A stretch of 64,000 bases of DNA, from positions 275,962,001 to 276,026,000 of the forward strand of contig OZ024741.1 in the NCBI GenBank assembly GCA_964016885.1. The letters run 5' to 3'. The stretch is from Eledone cirrhosa. Lineage: Eukaryota. A program made the translations under genes and the position numbers. The notes under the pieces are model-generated. The model saw only the letters and a program-made list of their open reading frames with translations. It was not told where the DNA came from and searched no databases. Below are positions 37,479 to 51,785 of this stretch, in pieces (within the stretch, counting starts at the first letter, position 1; each line of letters opens with the position of its first letter).

Positions 37479-38039
37479 ATATATATACACACACACACGC
37501 ACACATATATATATATATACCCTTGCAAGCAGGGAAAAGCGGACGTAAAATGATGATGATGATAATGATATATATATATGTATATAAAGCTCACGGTGGA
37601 GATGACAAAGGACCGTGACAAGTGGAGAGATGATGATGGAGAGTCCATTTTGCAGTGATCAGAAAGTCCACAAACTGGAGTAGTACCAAGTGCATTACTG
37701 GTACTTTATTTTATCGACCCCATAAGGATGAAAGGCAAAGCTAACCTCGGCAGGATTTGAACTCAGAAAGTAAAGGGCTGTAACTCTATGCCACGAAGCA
37801 GAATGTCTGACGTTCTACCAATACTGACAATAATGATGATTTCTAGTATAGGTAATTTGTGGGGAGGGGAAAGCCGATTAAATTGACCTCAGTACGTTAC
37901 TGGCGCTTTATTTTATCGACTCTGTAAGGATGAAAGGCAAACTCAGCAGGATTTGAACTCAGACCGTAAAGGGACGTAACTCTGTGCCGCAAAGCATGGC
38001 ATCCAATCCTCTACCGATACTGCCGAACCACCGCCGATG

Positions 38040-38084
<45 letters not shown>

Positions 38085-38087
<3 letters not shown>

Positions 38088-39178
38088 GATAGGAAGACTA
38101 GGAAGCTATTGACTATCTACAACATGTTCCACAAGAGGACTGATGGCGATAGACTCTACCTAAGGAGATCTGAGGGTGGAAGAGGTCTTATCAGCATGGA
38201 GGACTGTTTTCAGATGGAGAAAAACAACCTACACAAATACGTGACTGATAGTAAGGAGCCAATGCTCAGAACTGTACTGAAGGAGGGGACAATAGGCCAG
38301 GGGATGTCCAAGGAGGAAATAACATCAAGGAGAAAGAGCAGCCTTCAGGAAAAATCCCTTCATAGTACCTTCTTTGAGAAAACTGAATTTAGAGATCCAC
38401 AAACATGGAACTGGTTGAGAAGAGGAGACCTTAAAAAGGCTACAGAAGGAATGTTAATTGCTGTGCAGGAGCAGGCCCTCAAAACGAAGTGGTTGAAACA
38501 CCATATATACAAGGAGGAGGCTAGCCCACTGTGCAGTATCTGTGGAGAGAGAAAGGAGACTGTGGCTCACATTGTATCCGAGTGTAAACACCTAGCCCAG
38601 ACCCACTATAAGGGCTGGAGACATGATGTGATGGGCAGGGTGATCCACTGGCACCTGTGCAAAGTAAACAATTTACCACATTCTGAGAAATGGTATGAGC
38701 ATAGGCCAGAGTCGGTGATAGAAAACGATCAGGTGAAGGTGCTGTGGGATTTTAGGATACAGACGGACAAGAAACTGGAACACAATAGACCTGACCTGGT
38801 GGTTGTGGACAAAGAAAAAAGATCGTGTCTGATTGTGGATGTGGCCTGCCCATTCGACACGAGAGTGCAAGAGAAGGAGAGGGAGAAAATTAACCGATAC
38901 CAGGACTTAAAGTGGGAGGTAAAAAGGATTTGGAACTGCCATGAAGTCAAAGTGATCCCGATTGTCATAGGCGCACTGGGGACTATCTCCAAAAGTTTCC
39001 AGGGATGGTTAAAGAAAATCGGCCCCTTCACGCTTTTTGGAACGCTTCAAAAGGCATGCTTGCTGGGAACAGCAAGAACCCTCCGATACGTCCTGAATAT
39101 CTGAGGCTGCAGGTAGTGGCTTGATATTCATTCCAACGGACTTTCCAGTTAACTAACATCAATGACTGAGATTCAAGG
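38085..39178 (+). mobile_element. R4-clade (Dong-like) non-LTR retrotransposon, 5'-truncated, in (TAA)n
   Basis: RLYL.R..GGRGL, CCHC knuckle CSICG..ETVAHIVSEC, RHD, RPD...D, K..RY restriction-like endonuclease; (TAA)n on both sides. Confidence 0.93.
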
Positions 39179-39200
39179 AATAATAATAATAATAATAATA

Positions 39201-39945
39201 AAGGCTACAGAAGGAATGCTAATGGCTGCGCAAGAGCAGGCCCTTAAAACAAAGTGGCTGAAACACCATATTTACAAGGAGGAGGCTAGCCCACTGTGCA
39301 GGATCTGTGGAGAGAGAGAGGAGACTGTGGCTCACATTGTATCCGAGTGTAAACATCTAGCCCAGACTCACTATAAAGGCTGGAGACATGATGTGATGGG
39401 CAGGGTGATCCACTGGCACCTATGCAAAGTAAACAATTTACCACATTCTGAGAAGTGATATGAGCATAAGCCAGAGTCGGTGATAGAAAACGATCAGGTG
39501 AAGGTGCTATGGGATTTTAGGATACAGACGGACAAGAAACTGGAACACAATAGACTTGACCTGGTGGTTTTGGACAAGGAAAAAAGATCGTGCCTGATTG
39601 TGGATGTGGCCTGCCCATTCGACACGAGAGTGCAAGAGAAGGAGAGGGAGAAAATTAACCGATACCAGGACTTAAAGTGGGAGGTAAAAAGGATTTGGAA
39701 CTGCCATGAAGTCAAAGTGGTCCCGATTGTCATAGGCGCACTAAGTACTATCTCAAAAAGTTTCCAGGGATGGTTAAAGAAAATTGGCCCCGCCCCACTT
39801 TTTGGAACACTTCAAAAGGCATGCTTGCTGGGAAAAGCAAGAACCCTCCTATACATCCTGAATATCTGAGGCTGCAGGTAGTGGCTTGATATTCATTTCA
39901 ACAAACTTTCCAGTTAACTAACATCAATGACTGAGACTCAAAGAA
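39201..39945 (+). mobile_element. Second, shorter Dong-like copy in tandem
   Basis: Highly similar to 38437-39178, one in-frame stop; (TAA)n flanks. Confidence 0.92.
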
Positions 39946-39951
39946 CAATAC

Positions 39952-39983
<32 letters not shown>

Positions 39984-40134
39984 CTTTCTTTATTAACCAC
40001 AAGGGTTTACACAAAGTAGACATTAAGGACAGTACAGGACAATACAGGACGGTACAAATGGGCATTTCTGCGTGTAAAAAACCAGAGGATGATAACAACA
40101 ATAATAGAAATAACTCGAATGTAGAAAATGAAAA

Positions 40135-40365
40135 TAGAAACAATACCTATAATGATAGGTGTTCTGGGAATGATAAAAATAACACACAGACAAATATTAG
40201 CCAAAACCCCAGGACTTACAAATATATACAGCATACAAAAGATAGCACTACTAGGCACTGCACACATATTATGAAAAGTAATATCAATACAATAGAAACA
40301 ACATTAGTAAAAACTACACTGCACATACCCAAGGCACACAGAGCCGGTAACGCAGTAATGATGTG
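40135..40365 (+). mobile_element. Degenerate R4/Dong-like 3' end
   Basis: IPI.IG.LG-like motif and (AAT)n; similar remnant at 31590-31740 on minus. Confidence 0.55.
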
Positions 40366-40447
40366 CAATAATAATAATAAGCTCGGTAACGCAGTAATGA
40401 TCTGCAATAAAAATAATAATGGAAATAATAATAATAACAAGAATTAC

Positions 40448-40597
40448 CTTTATTCGACTGACAAGGAATGCTTTTCTTTCTAAATAATATTGAAGATCCA
40501 TCCGCCGATAGATTATTCAAAGTTTCACTCATTTCAGTTACAAACGAAGGTTTTTTTGGTGGTATGGGCTTCTCTTTTGTTGTATCAGGATATTTCA
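40448..40597 (-). CDS. SH2 adaptor gene exon, proline-rich (KYPDTTKEKPIPPKKPSF...CQSNK)
   Basis: Acceptor gttgaccag, donor gtaatt; 150 nt, phase 1-1; PxxPxKP motif. Confidence 0.75.
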
Positions 40598-40813
40598 CTG
40601 GTCAACAACAACAACAACAACAAAATAGAAAGAGAAAGCTTCCTTAATTAATAACATAACATCAAGAAAATTAACAAGTATATCCAATTAAAGACTGCAC
40701 AATACAAGCTGAGATATTAGTTGCACTGGAGTTAACCTCTTATTTTTTTATAGCACTAAACTACCTCTGGTTCAATGATACAAAAACACCCATTTTTAAA
40801 TGTTTCTATTTAA

Positions 40814-41013
40814 CCCTTTAGCGTTTACATTACTCTGTATTTACTATAGTATTTTCACGGTAACGGTTTTATCTCACATAATATTGAATCTATGAGATTT
40901 TGATATTTATTTTGAGAACAATACTTTAACAAAAGTATGAGTGGCTAGTTACAGCCAGTTTGAACAGAAAAAGGTGAGAGAATTCTGGCCAGATACATTT
41001 AAATGCTAAAGGA
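40814..41013. mobile_element. piggyBac-type MITE
   Basis: TTAA|ccctttagc...gctaaagga|TTAA. Confidence 0.85.
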
Positions 41014-41184
41014 TTAAATTAAAACCTTCCATCACAATTTATATCCAAATGTTTTGTTAAGTCATATTCCAGGCATTAGTTAAAGATAGAAAAGTTAATT
41101 ATTTTACTAAATTCCTTGCAAATTCTTGATTATTTTAAAACTTAATTGAAGCACATAGACAGTGTATTTAATTAGAAATATAAT

Positions 41185-41553
41185 TGTTTCTAATTTTGGC
41201 ACAAGGCCAGCAATTATCCCAGTGCATTACTGATACTTTATCTTATCGACCCTGTAAGGATGAAAGGCAAAGTTAACCTCAGCGGGATTTGAACTCAGAC
41301 CATAAATGGCCATAATTCTATGCAGCAAAGCATGGCGTCCAGCCCTCCACCGATACTGCCAATCCACCACAATTAGAAATATAATTGTTTCTACTTTTGG
41401 CACAAGGCCAGCAATTACCCAGTGCATTACTGGTACTTTACTTTATCGACCCCGTAAGAATGAAAGGCAAAGTCAACCTCAGCGGGATTTGAACTCAGAT
41501 CGTAAAGGGACGAAAGCATGGCGTCCTACCCTCTACCGATACTGCCAATCCAC
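41185..41553 (-). mobile_element. Two tandem Nin-like SINEs
   Basis: tagaaatataat occurs before, between and after the copies. Confidence 0.85.
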
Positions 41554-42127
41554 TAGAAATATAATAACAGTAAAAATACCTTGTTTCAAAATGGAAGCTG
41601 ACACCAAGCCTTCCAAAAAATAAGCTTACATTTTCCCCCTTTTTAGTAAACATCATCATCATCATCATTGTAATTTAATGTTCATCTTCCTTGCTAGCAT
41701 GATTGGATGGGTTTTTACAGACTGAATCAGTACTCAAATGAATCTACTGACCTCTCAGATGAACCAGGGGCCTATATCTTGCTTACATATATCAAGGCCC
41801 CAACACTAGGGAGATTGTCATATTTTTGGCACAGCTAAAGTGTTCTCGCAACCCTTTGTTTGACAAGTTTTCTATGACTGAATGCCCATCTTATCACCAA
41901 CCACTTTACAGAATGTACTGAAGGTTTACTGTGTAAATCACCAACACTGGAGAGGTTGCCATATCTTTAACCCTGGCTGACAGGTCCTCCCAACCCTTCG
42001 TTTGACAAGTTTTCTTCCACTCAATGTCCTAACTCTCACCAACCATTTTACTGAGTGTACTGAGTATATTTATCATATAAATCACCAGCACTAGGGTAGT
42101 TGAAGAGACTGTTCAATCTTTCTTGGC

Positions 42128-42410
42128 ATGGTTTCTACAACAGGTTGCCCTTCCTCTCACTAACCACCAACCTGTCATGGTTTCTACAACAGGTTGCCCT
42201 TCCTCTCACTAACCACCAGCCTGTCAAGGTTTCTACAACAGGTTGCCCTTCCTCTCACTAACCACCAACCTGTCATGGTTTCTACAACAGGTGCTTTTCT
42301 TCTCACTAACCACCAACCTGTCAAGGTTTCTACAGCAGGTTGCCCTTCCTCTCACTAACCACCATGTCATGGCTTCTAAAGTGGGATGCCCTTCCAGTCA
42401 CCAACCACCT
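42128..42410. repeat. 49-bp minisatellite, ~5 copies
   Basis: Unit ggtttctacaacaggttgcccttcctctcactaaccaccaacctgtca(t/a). Confidence 0.9.
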
Positions 42411-43329
42411 CACATCAATAGAATGGTGGAATGACAGGTGCCCCCACCCCCTACTGCTTGACAGCACTCGCTCTTTTCAAGGTCGTCTCCATGATCAAAC
42501 ACTTACCCTTCCCCTACGTCTCCTATTGTGGGATGACTCCATTTCTTGACATCCACCATGTAGCGTGACTCCTCCTCCCCACCACCATTCATCTTACACC
42601 CACATTACCCTCACTGCTTCTCCCAGCTTAGCTGAGGACACATTGAGAGTCCTAGTATAATAAAGAGGAAGTGCTTATGCGACAATAAAATGCGCTGAGT
42701 ACATATTGTAAATATATATAATCATATAGTCCCCGAGCAAGATGCTTGGATAACATCCATAAGCTTGGCTGGTTTCGCTTGGGGATGAAGCCAGATCAAT
42801 TGGAGACAGTTGCTTCTGAGAAGACCGGCTGAAAGAGTGTTTGAGGACTCTTCCTCCATGACCCTCTCAGGAATAAGTGGGCGAAGAAGAAGTTATAAAT
42901 AGTTTGACTTAACTCTTCACAACCAGCGATTTCATGATTGAAAAAATGTCTAAATTATTAGGTAATGAAAAATAGGGTTTGGGGTCATATGGCTAAGAGC
43001 CTTGATTGGTTGTTTCAGGTCATTTGATGGTGTTGTTAAGTCATCAAAAGCATAAGGAAGTCTGCATCATAGTGGCAGCATTACTCTCAGTAGAATCAAG
43101 TAACAATGGATACATGATTTCATTATCATCCTGCTGGGTTTTCTCTAGATATGTCATGTCACTAGGCTGGCTTTTCAATCGATGTGGATGGTGACCTTTG
43201 GTAGGTATGATGTTACTATTTTCTTTGTATGCTTGCTGGTTTCAGTTGTCTGCTCTATGCCTACACACAAGTCATGTGGAACTAAACTGGTCTTTGTGGG
43301 ATGACCATGGCTGGTGGTTTGAAGTTGGC

Positions 43330-44300
43330 TAACAGAGTAATTCTCTGGTGGCAATAAAATGTTCTGTCAGTTTTACCATTGATAAATATTGCAGTTGTTG
43401 CAGTATGTGCAATCTTTCACAGAGGCAAAGATGGCAGTTGTGTCCCTCAATACAGTATGGGGAGGCTCTGTCCAGAATGCTCCATTTGTTGCTGGGTATA
43501 TTGTGCCCATGGTCATGGACCCTACATATGAAACAGGACTGTGTTGTAGAGTTCTTCCTGTTCCCATACCTAAAGGAGTGTATGTGCTGAAACAATCTAC
43601 CCTTGAAGTCTTTGACTATTAGAAACCATATAGTGGTGTGAAGGTGGCTATGGTGCTAGAGAAGCAGGATCCACCTAGAAGACAGTTGGTTTTGGCAATT
43701 GCAGGTTGGTGTGTTTTGGGGTTTGTGTGGACATACTTTTTTCTGTTATAATGTACAATGTTATCTAAATAGGTGTAATTACCTTTAACATTATGTGGGT
43801 TGAAGAGTTTGGGGTAATTATGGCTATAAGGGAAATGTTTCCTGATTAAGGATACTTCTAAACAGAATTGAGGGTCCTCTTTCTAACTTTCTTAGAAGTA
43901 GGTGGAGTGTTCTCCATATATACTATGTTTTCTGTAAATATTTTTCTTCCTAATATTTCATTGTACCAGGGTGCAGCACTGTCAAAGATCTGTTTGTTGG
44001 ACAATAAGCTAATGACTCTTCTACTAATTCTATTTACCAGTTTCCTAACTATATCTGGGGTGTGGTTGGAGTTCCTATGTATATAAACTGTTTCCTCATT
44101 AAGCTTCCTATAAGGATAGTGTCTACCACTTTTGAGGTTCAGAATAATGTCCAGAAAGTTGATTTTAGTCAAGTTGTTAATGACTGTGATGTTTAGGAAA
44201 AAAATGTTAACGATCCTTATAAGATATTTGCTTTGACATGGCCATTCATATAGCTTTAGATTGCCAGGTTTTCATCAATGAACAGGGCTGAGCTATGGGG
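43330..44300 (-). mobile_element. Degenerate Penelope-like RT/GIY-YIG fragment
   Basis: INFLDI.LNL...PYRK...YIHRNSNH; C-terminal CHLCLCER. Confidence 0.8.
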
Positions 44301-44589
44301 GATGCATTCATTTCCCAAAGGTATCAAAAATGAATAAATCAACAAGATTAGCAACTGTAATGAAGCAGTCTACACAGGCTTCTATCATATATAATATAAT
44401 ATAATATAATATAATATAATATATATATATATATACAAGCAGAAGTACCTGGGTTAATATAGCTGTTTCTAATATAGCTGGTTCTAATATAGCTGTTTCT
44501 TGTAGGTAACATAACTTGTAGCTACAATACGATTTCATATTTAATTTCTTGTCTGTGTTTGGATTTTCATATCATTGATGAAATACAGT

Positions 44590-45350
44590 TGTAAATATTT
44601 TGGCTCTTCTTCTGAAAGTGGCTGTGAGGGTCCAATTCTATGGTACAATTGCCCTTGGCAAAGTGGGCATAAAGCCACCTTCATGAGTGACATCTGCACC
44701 AAATGATGTCATTTGGAATGCATTTTTGTACTTCTGTATATTTTGAACAAAGTGCCTTGATTCAGTAGTTTTACCAATCAGCAGTCCCCTCAAGGGTTCT
44801 GGTGGTTTAGATAATAGTTTAAACTTAATCTTTCCATTTAAATAGCACAATCCAGTTGACTCACCATTCTATTTTTTAGCACCTCAATTTGGATAAATTT
44901 GGTTCATTGAGGAAATTCGAATTTAAGGTTCTAAGCATAGTCTTGATGTGGATTGTAACTAAAAGCAGCAAAGTTCCAATCAGAAAAAGTTTTAAATCAT
45001 AAATCTTCAGTTTTTATTTTCTGTTCACATAACTTTCAAGTTGTTTGAGCTTCACTTTCTTCATGCTGCCATTCAGCTACTCTATTTCCCTCCATTGATG
45101 ATTTTCATACATCTGATTCCTCTTGACAAATAGTTACTTCCATTCTCCTATCTTCAACAAGCCATTTTCATCTTTGTTCTACTGATTCATCCTGTCTATT
45201 CTGTGCACTTCTTATTCTTTGTTGTTGAAGCCTTGATAATCTCTGTGCCTCTGATTCATCCTGTCTGTTTTGTGCTGTAGATTCTTGATGAATAATTGCT
45301 TTTCTCATCAGCAAACCTTTTAGATCTTTATTCTTTTGCTTAAATATCAC
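44590..45350 (-). mobile_element. Helitron RepHel N-terminal fragment
   Basis: NGKI...PPEPL..LL...SRHF..NI.KY..AFQMTSFGA; ES.EQR..RL repeats. Confidence 0.85.
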
Positions 45351-45889
45351 AGATGTTTTTCTTTGTTTTGGGAGTCTTTCTTGTTACTGCTCTTCACTTT
45401 CATTCTCCCTTTGTAGCTTGCTTTAACACAGTTTTAAGAAACTTTCTTCCAAATGAAATTCTATTTGCGGGCATTTTTTGCTTGCAGCTTCCAATGTCAC
45501 TATTTGCTAAAAATTTAAATTTTTTTCTGTTAATGATGGATCTAAGTCGAATCAAATTTTGTTGAATGAGGACTCACTGTATTAACTTTCAGTTATTTTT
45601 TGAAAACAACAACCAGTTTGTTGCATTAGTGTTGGCTACTATGTTGAATGCATGTCACTTACTTTCTTCACTTTTTTATCTCTGTTTCTTTCCTCTCCTC
45701 ATTCATTTATTGTTAACTTACTTACTTAGATCCATCTTTGGTTTTCAGTGCTCTTTTTAATTTCACGTGTGTTGACTTTCTCTCAAATTCTCACTTTTTC
45801 ATTCTCTCTATTTTCCATTATATTCCATCATAGTGAAGACAATTACTCAGAACCGCCATTACCACAGATGTGTGTGTCTGAGTGTGTGC

Positions 45890-48568
45890 ACGTGGTTGTA
45901 AACACAAAAGCCTTCCCTGGTGAGGAATATACCACCCAACATAACTTAGTTGTCAGCAACGTCACTGTCAAAACTAGACAAACTTGGAAACAGAAGGCAA
46001 CCTGGAGAAGAAAGATCTGGAAGCTGAAAGACCCCTCAGTCACTAACAGATTTAAAGATATTTTACTCAACGCCTATGACAGTAAAGAAGAACAAATAGA
46101 GACATTCAATGTAGAAGAGCACTGGGAGTTCCTAAAAAATAACTTACTAAAGGCGACGGATGAGATCTGTGGTTGGAGTAAGACTACAGGCAGGAGGAGA
46201 GTGACTTGGTGGTGGAACAATAAGGTAGATGGAGCAGTTAAGGCTAAGAGAGAGGCATGGAAAGAATGGAAGTATGGGGGAAGCAGGGTACATTACATAG
46301 AGACCAAGAGGGAAGCTAGGCGACAAGTATACTTAGCTAGGAGGGAAGTGGAGGATAGAAAATTCAAGCATGTCTTGCAACGTGAAGACCAGAAACAGTA
46401 GGTGTTCAAGATTGCGAAGCAGTGTGTGAAAGAGATTATGATGTGATTGAAGAGAAGTGTATCTGGAATGATAAAGGTGAGCTTGCCCTCACAAGTGCTG
46501 AGAAGAAGGTTGCATGGAAGAGCCATTATGAAAGATTAGTAAATGAGGAGAATGCATGGGAAGAAGAGACCCTACCCCAAGTAGACCCTATAGAGGGACC
46601 AGCAGTACAAGTCAGCAGCAGTGTAGTAAGTAAGGCAATCAAAGATATGAAGACAGAGAAGGCAACCAGTCCATCGGGTATAGCTGCCGAGATGCTGAAG
46701 GCATCTGGGTCGGTAGGTCACACCATAACCACACATATTGTTAACCAGGTAATACTAGAGGGTGTCATACCAAAGGATTGGTGCAGCAACATCATTGTCA
46801 ACTGCTACAAGGGTAAAGGTGATGCACTAGATAGAGGAAACTATAGAGGTATAAAGCTGATGGACCAGGTCATGAAAGTAACAGAAAGAGTTGATTAGGG
46901 ACCGAGTGAAACTAGATGAGATGCAATTTGGGTTTGTGTCAGGAAAAGGCACCACTGATGCCCTCTTACTTGTGAGGCAGTTACAGGAAAAGTACCTAGC
47001 TAAAAGTAAGGTGCTCTACCTGGCATTCGTCGATCTCGAGAAAGCCTTTGACAGAGTTCCCCATTCTATAATCTGGTGGGCTCTTAGAAAACTAGGAGTA
47101 GATGAATGACTATTGAAAGCTGTATAAGCCACGTATAGGGGAGCAGTCAGCAAAGTTAGGATTTGATGACTATAGCGAGGAATTTAACAGACAGGTCGGT
47201 GTCCACCAGGGCTCTGTTCTTAGCCCTCTCCTGTTCAGCCTAGTTTTTGCAGGCAATAACAGAGGAGTTTAAGACCAGATGCCCATGGGAACTCCTGTAT
47301 GCAGATGACCTCACACTTATAGCTGAATCTATGGTAGACCTAGAGAAGACATTCCAAACATGGAAGCATGGACTAGAAAGAAAGGGTCTCAAAGTCAACC
47401 TGACAAAGACTAAGGTCCTTGTAAGTTGACGAGAAAACAGAACCCAGATCCCCACAGGGAAATGGCCTTGCTCAGTATGTAGGAAAGGTGTAGGTAAGAA
47501 CTCCATTCTCTGCCCCAAATGCAAACAATGGGTACACAAGAGATGTAGTGGGATCTCAGGAAGTTTAGCTAAGAATGTAGGCTTCACATGCAGCAGCTGT
47601 GCTGGGACAGCAAGCAGCAAACAGCCACAGGAAACAAGCACCACCAAACTCTGGGAGGGCTCTGTAGAAACAGTAGACAGCTTCTGCTACCTAGGTGACC
47701 GAATTAGCAGTGGAGGTGGGTGTTCTGAAAGTACAAAAACTGGGGTAAGAACGGGATGGAAGAAGTTCAGGGAGCTACTGCCACTGCTATCTACAAAAGG
47801 CTTTTCCCTCAAAATGAAAGGCAGACTGTATGATGCGTGTATACGAACCGCAATGTTACATGGTAGTGAGACCTGGGCACTGTCTGTAGAAGACTTGCGT
47901 AGATTAGAAAGAAACGAAGCCTGCATGCTCCGATGGATGTGTAATAGTAATATACACGAACGGCAAAGCATAAATGAATTGAAAGAGAGACTGAGCATCA
48001 GAGGAATCAAATGCTGTGTGCAGGAGAGGAGGTTGCGTTGGTATGGACATGTGATGCTTATGAAGGATGACAGCTGCGTAAAAAGGAGCAGAGCACTAGA
48101 AGTCGATGGAGACCCAAGTGGGGAGACCCAAGAAGACCTGGGATGAGGTGATAAAAGCTGACCTTACCCAATTACACCTCTCAAAGGCGATGACACATGA
48201 CCGTGACATCTGGCGTCACGCAGTAATAGAGAAGACCCGACTTCCCATGGGTACAAGCTGAAGCTGAAGTATATAGACAATATGCCCCATCCCCTCCCAC
48301 TGCAAAGTGGTCGTGGAGGTGCCACGGCAAAAAAGCACCCAGCCCACACTGTAAAGTGAACGTGTAGGTGCCACGGAAAAAAGCACCCAGCACTCACTGT
48401 AAATGAGGTTGGTGTTAGGAAGGGCATCCAGCTGTAGAAATCAAGCCAGAATCATTTGCCATATGAGCAAGGCATGGTCAGCTGACCGGCTACTGCCCAC
48501 AACAGGACAACCAGTCCAACCCATCTTAGCGTGGAAGAACAGATGTAAAACGGTAATGATGATGATGA

Positions 48569-48570
<2 letters not shown>
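45890..48570 (+). pseudogene. Older RTE LINE copy with stops and frameshifts
   Basis: Homologous to the 55704-58724 ORF (TWWWN, YRGIKL, FVDLEKAFD, LLYADD, PHD-like finger); (GAT)n tail. Confidence 0.92.
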
Positions 48571-48628
<58 letters not shown>

Positions 48629-48629
48629 A

Positions 48630-48681
<52 letters not shown>

Positions 48682-48928
48682 TATACAGTTTACTCAGCTG
48701 TAGAAATGAGATGATAGGGACTGAGGTCCTTATCATTCCACTGCAAAGTGGTCGTGTAGGTGCCACGGCAAAAAAGCACCCAGCACTCACTGTAAATGAG
48801 GTTGGTGTTAGGAAGGGCATCCAGCTGTAGAAATCAAGCCAGAATCAGTTCCCGTCCCACCCTTGCAAGCAGGGAAAAGCGGACGTAAAATGAAATGATG
48901 ATGATATGTATGTATGTATGTATGTATG

Positions 48929-48959
<31 letters not shown>

Positions 48960-48961
48960 GT

Positions 48962-49069
<108 letters not shown>

Positions 49070-49379
49070 ATTTACATATACATAAAGTCACAGATATATA
49101 TGTATGTACACATTTCTTCTAAGTTTAAATTTACACCTAATTGTGTATGGTTGACGGTATATTTAGTCAGTTTCTACATGCTGTTGAAATGTTGGGGTCA
49201 CCGCGAAGAGGCCGCTTTCGGTTATTTATCAAATATTTCTTCATAGGAGCCTTTATTCTTATAGCCTGTCTAATTAATTTTTTATATGGTTAATTATGCT
49301 AATTGGGAGAGGAAATGGTATATATTTTATCTAATAATTCTAAGGGCATGATTTATGATATGTATATATATATATATGA

Positions 49380-50575
49380 AAACAAGGAGAAAGAGACGAT
49401 TATGAGGAAGAAAAATATTTTTTTTCCTTTTTTATTTCTCTCTCTTTTTTTCTGGGTTAGAAAATGATTAAAACGAAATGTTTTACTTTGTGTGAAGTGT
49501 TAAGGTATTAGTTGATTTATTTATTATTTAACAATGGCATTTATCTATTTATCTATTTAATTATTGTCTATTACCGGTTTCAGCATTTATATGCATTATC
49601 AAATGATAGTGAAATTTATTAGTGTGGTGTCGCACATGTTAAACAGAAGGCGCAGAAAGAATAATGTTATTTACAAACAAGGTTTAAGAAGTGAAAAGAA
49701 AAAAGAAAAAGAAAAAAAACATGCATAGTGTGGAACGTAAAAAGTCAATGTGGAAGAAAAAATAATGTTATTTACAAGCACAGTCATTGAAGTTAAGCAG
49801 ATCAAAATGTGTTAATATCACAAGAGTGCTTAGTTAAACCATGGTTCCGTGAAGGAGGCAAATGGTGGACTGTGGTTTGATATGATTTCCCTTTTTAGAG
49901 AGTTAATATGCAGGGGAGGCAATTCTTGCTGGGTGATATTTAATTTATTTAAGAAAAAGGATTAGGTAGGGTGTGAGGGAGGTAACTCTTGTAAATGTTT
50001 GATGGTTTGTTGCAGTTTTAGATTGGTCCGATTTTTAGAGCATTGAGTAGTGGTTGAAATTTATTAATGAAATGTGTTTCCTTATTGGTACGTTGGATGA
50101 AAGTAGCATTGTCTATGAATTTGTAAATGGGGAAAATTTTAAAGTTTGGATGTTGGTTGAGAGCACAATTGGCGATATTTCACTAAATGCAATCTTTCTG
50201 TATTCCTGTATTTTAATTTGTGATTTATGGACGGTCCAAATCCATAAAAAAGACAACCCAAATCCATAAAAAACATCCTCACACAAGTCAAAATCCAACA
50301 AACCCTCACAATGAACCCTACAGTAACAAAATGCGGAAGGCCCAACTGTGGCATATGCATAAATCTAATAGAAGATTCAACATTCCATTTTAAACAAGGA
50401 CAACGTTTCACAGTTAAACACAACTTTACATGTGCATCTGAAAACCTTATCTATGTTTTCACCTGCTCAGGTTGTCAAGAGCACTACGTAGGACAGACAA
50501 AAAACAGCCTCCGTCAACGTATGACCGTCCATAAATCACAAATTAAAATACAGGAATACAGAAAGATTGCATTTC
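49380..50575. mobile_element. Penelope-like GIY-YIG fragment with inverted 3' duplication
   Basis: Plus 50250-50575 NLIYVFTCSGCQEHYVGQT; minus copy from 50236 leftwards (TVHKSQIKIQEYRKIAF) continues into a pLTR with a degenerate hammerhead at ~49570-49605. Confidence 0.85.
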
Positions 50576-50688
50576 TACAGCTGAGTGAACTGGAGCAATG
50601 TGAAATAAAGTGTCTTGCTCAAGGAAACAACACATCACCCAGTCTGAGAATTGAACTCACAACCTTTTGATTGCAAGGCCAATGCTCT

Positions 50689-50744
<56 letters not shown>

Positions 50745-50761
50745 TAGTTTTAATAGAGATG

Positions 50762-50812
50762 AGATTCTACAGGACTAGAACTGTTTCATTCATTAGAAAT
50801 CATCAGGAATCT
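50762..50812 (-). ncRNA. Minimal type I hammerhead motif in pLTR fragment
   Basis: Minus strand: AGATTC-CTGATGA-tTTC-taat-GAAt-GAAA-CAG..CTG-TA|GAATCT. Confidence 0.8.
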
Positions 50813-51636
50813 GGGTATCAAAAAATAAATATGGTATTTATAGGTCTCTACAAGTGGTAGGAGAGGGTGGGGAGTGGGATGGGTGCAGGTCATTGGTTGA
50901 TAGAAAAGGGAATTCATTAAAAGCTAATTCTACAAAGCTATAGTTAATTTTTATTTTTATTTATATTTTATATTTATTTATGTTTTTAGAGTAACAAAGG
51001 CAGACAGAATTCTATAAACAGGTTCCGGATGGCATACCATTCCTTGTCAATAATTTTCCCACTTGAGGCAAGATTGGTTGTCTTGCTCGTATAGGACTGT
51101 CTGGCGGGTTTTCTACGGCTGGATGCCCTTCCTAACACCAACCACCTTTACAGTGTGGACTGGGAGGTTTTTACAGTGTTACCTTCACGGCCAAATTACA
51201 GTGTGGACTGTGTTTTTTTTTGTTGTGACACCTACACGACCTCATTTATTTCGGACTGGATGTTGTGGTACCAACATAACTTTACATCGAAAGGGGTGGT
51301 GTGGATGGGGTGGGGGTAGTGGGACGGGTGTGTATTTATTTATTTTTTAAGAGGTGCCTACTGACTGTAGGTTTCGCTTTGTACTTAGGCAAGGCGGGTC
51401 TTCTGTATTACTGTGTAGCGCCAAAGATCTCGGTCCAGTGACATTGTCTTGGAGAGGTGTGTGTGAGGTCAGAATTCATCAAGTCGTCCCAGGTTTTTCT
51501 GGGTCTACCTACTCCGTGGCTACCGTCTATTTTTATTGCCTACACTTTTTTATACAGCTGTCGTCTTTCGTGCGCATCACGTGACCATATCAACGTAGTC
51601 TTCTCTCGAGTAAACAACATCTGATTCCTCTTATTA

Positions 51637-51715
<79 letters not shown>

Positions 51716-51747
51716 AAAATGGACGATGATGATGATGATGATATGTC

Positions 51748-51785
<38 letters not shown>

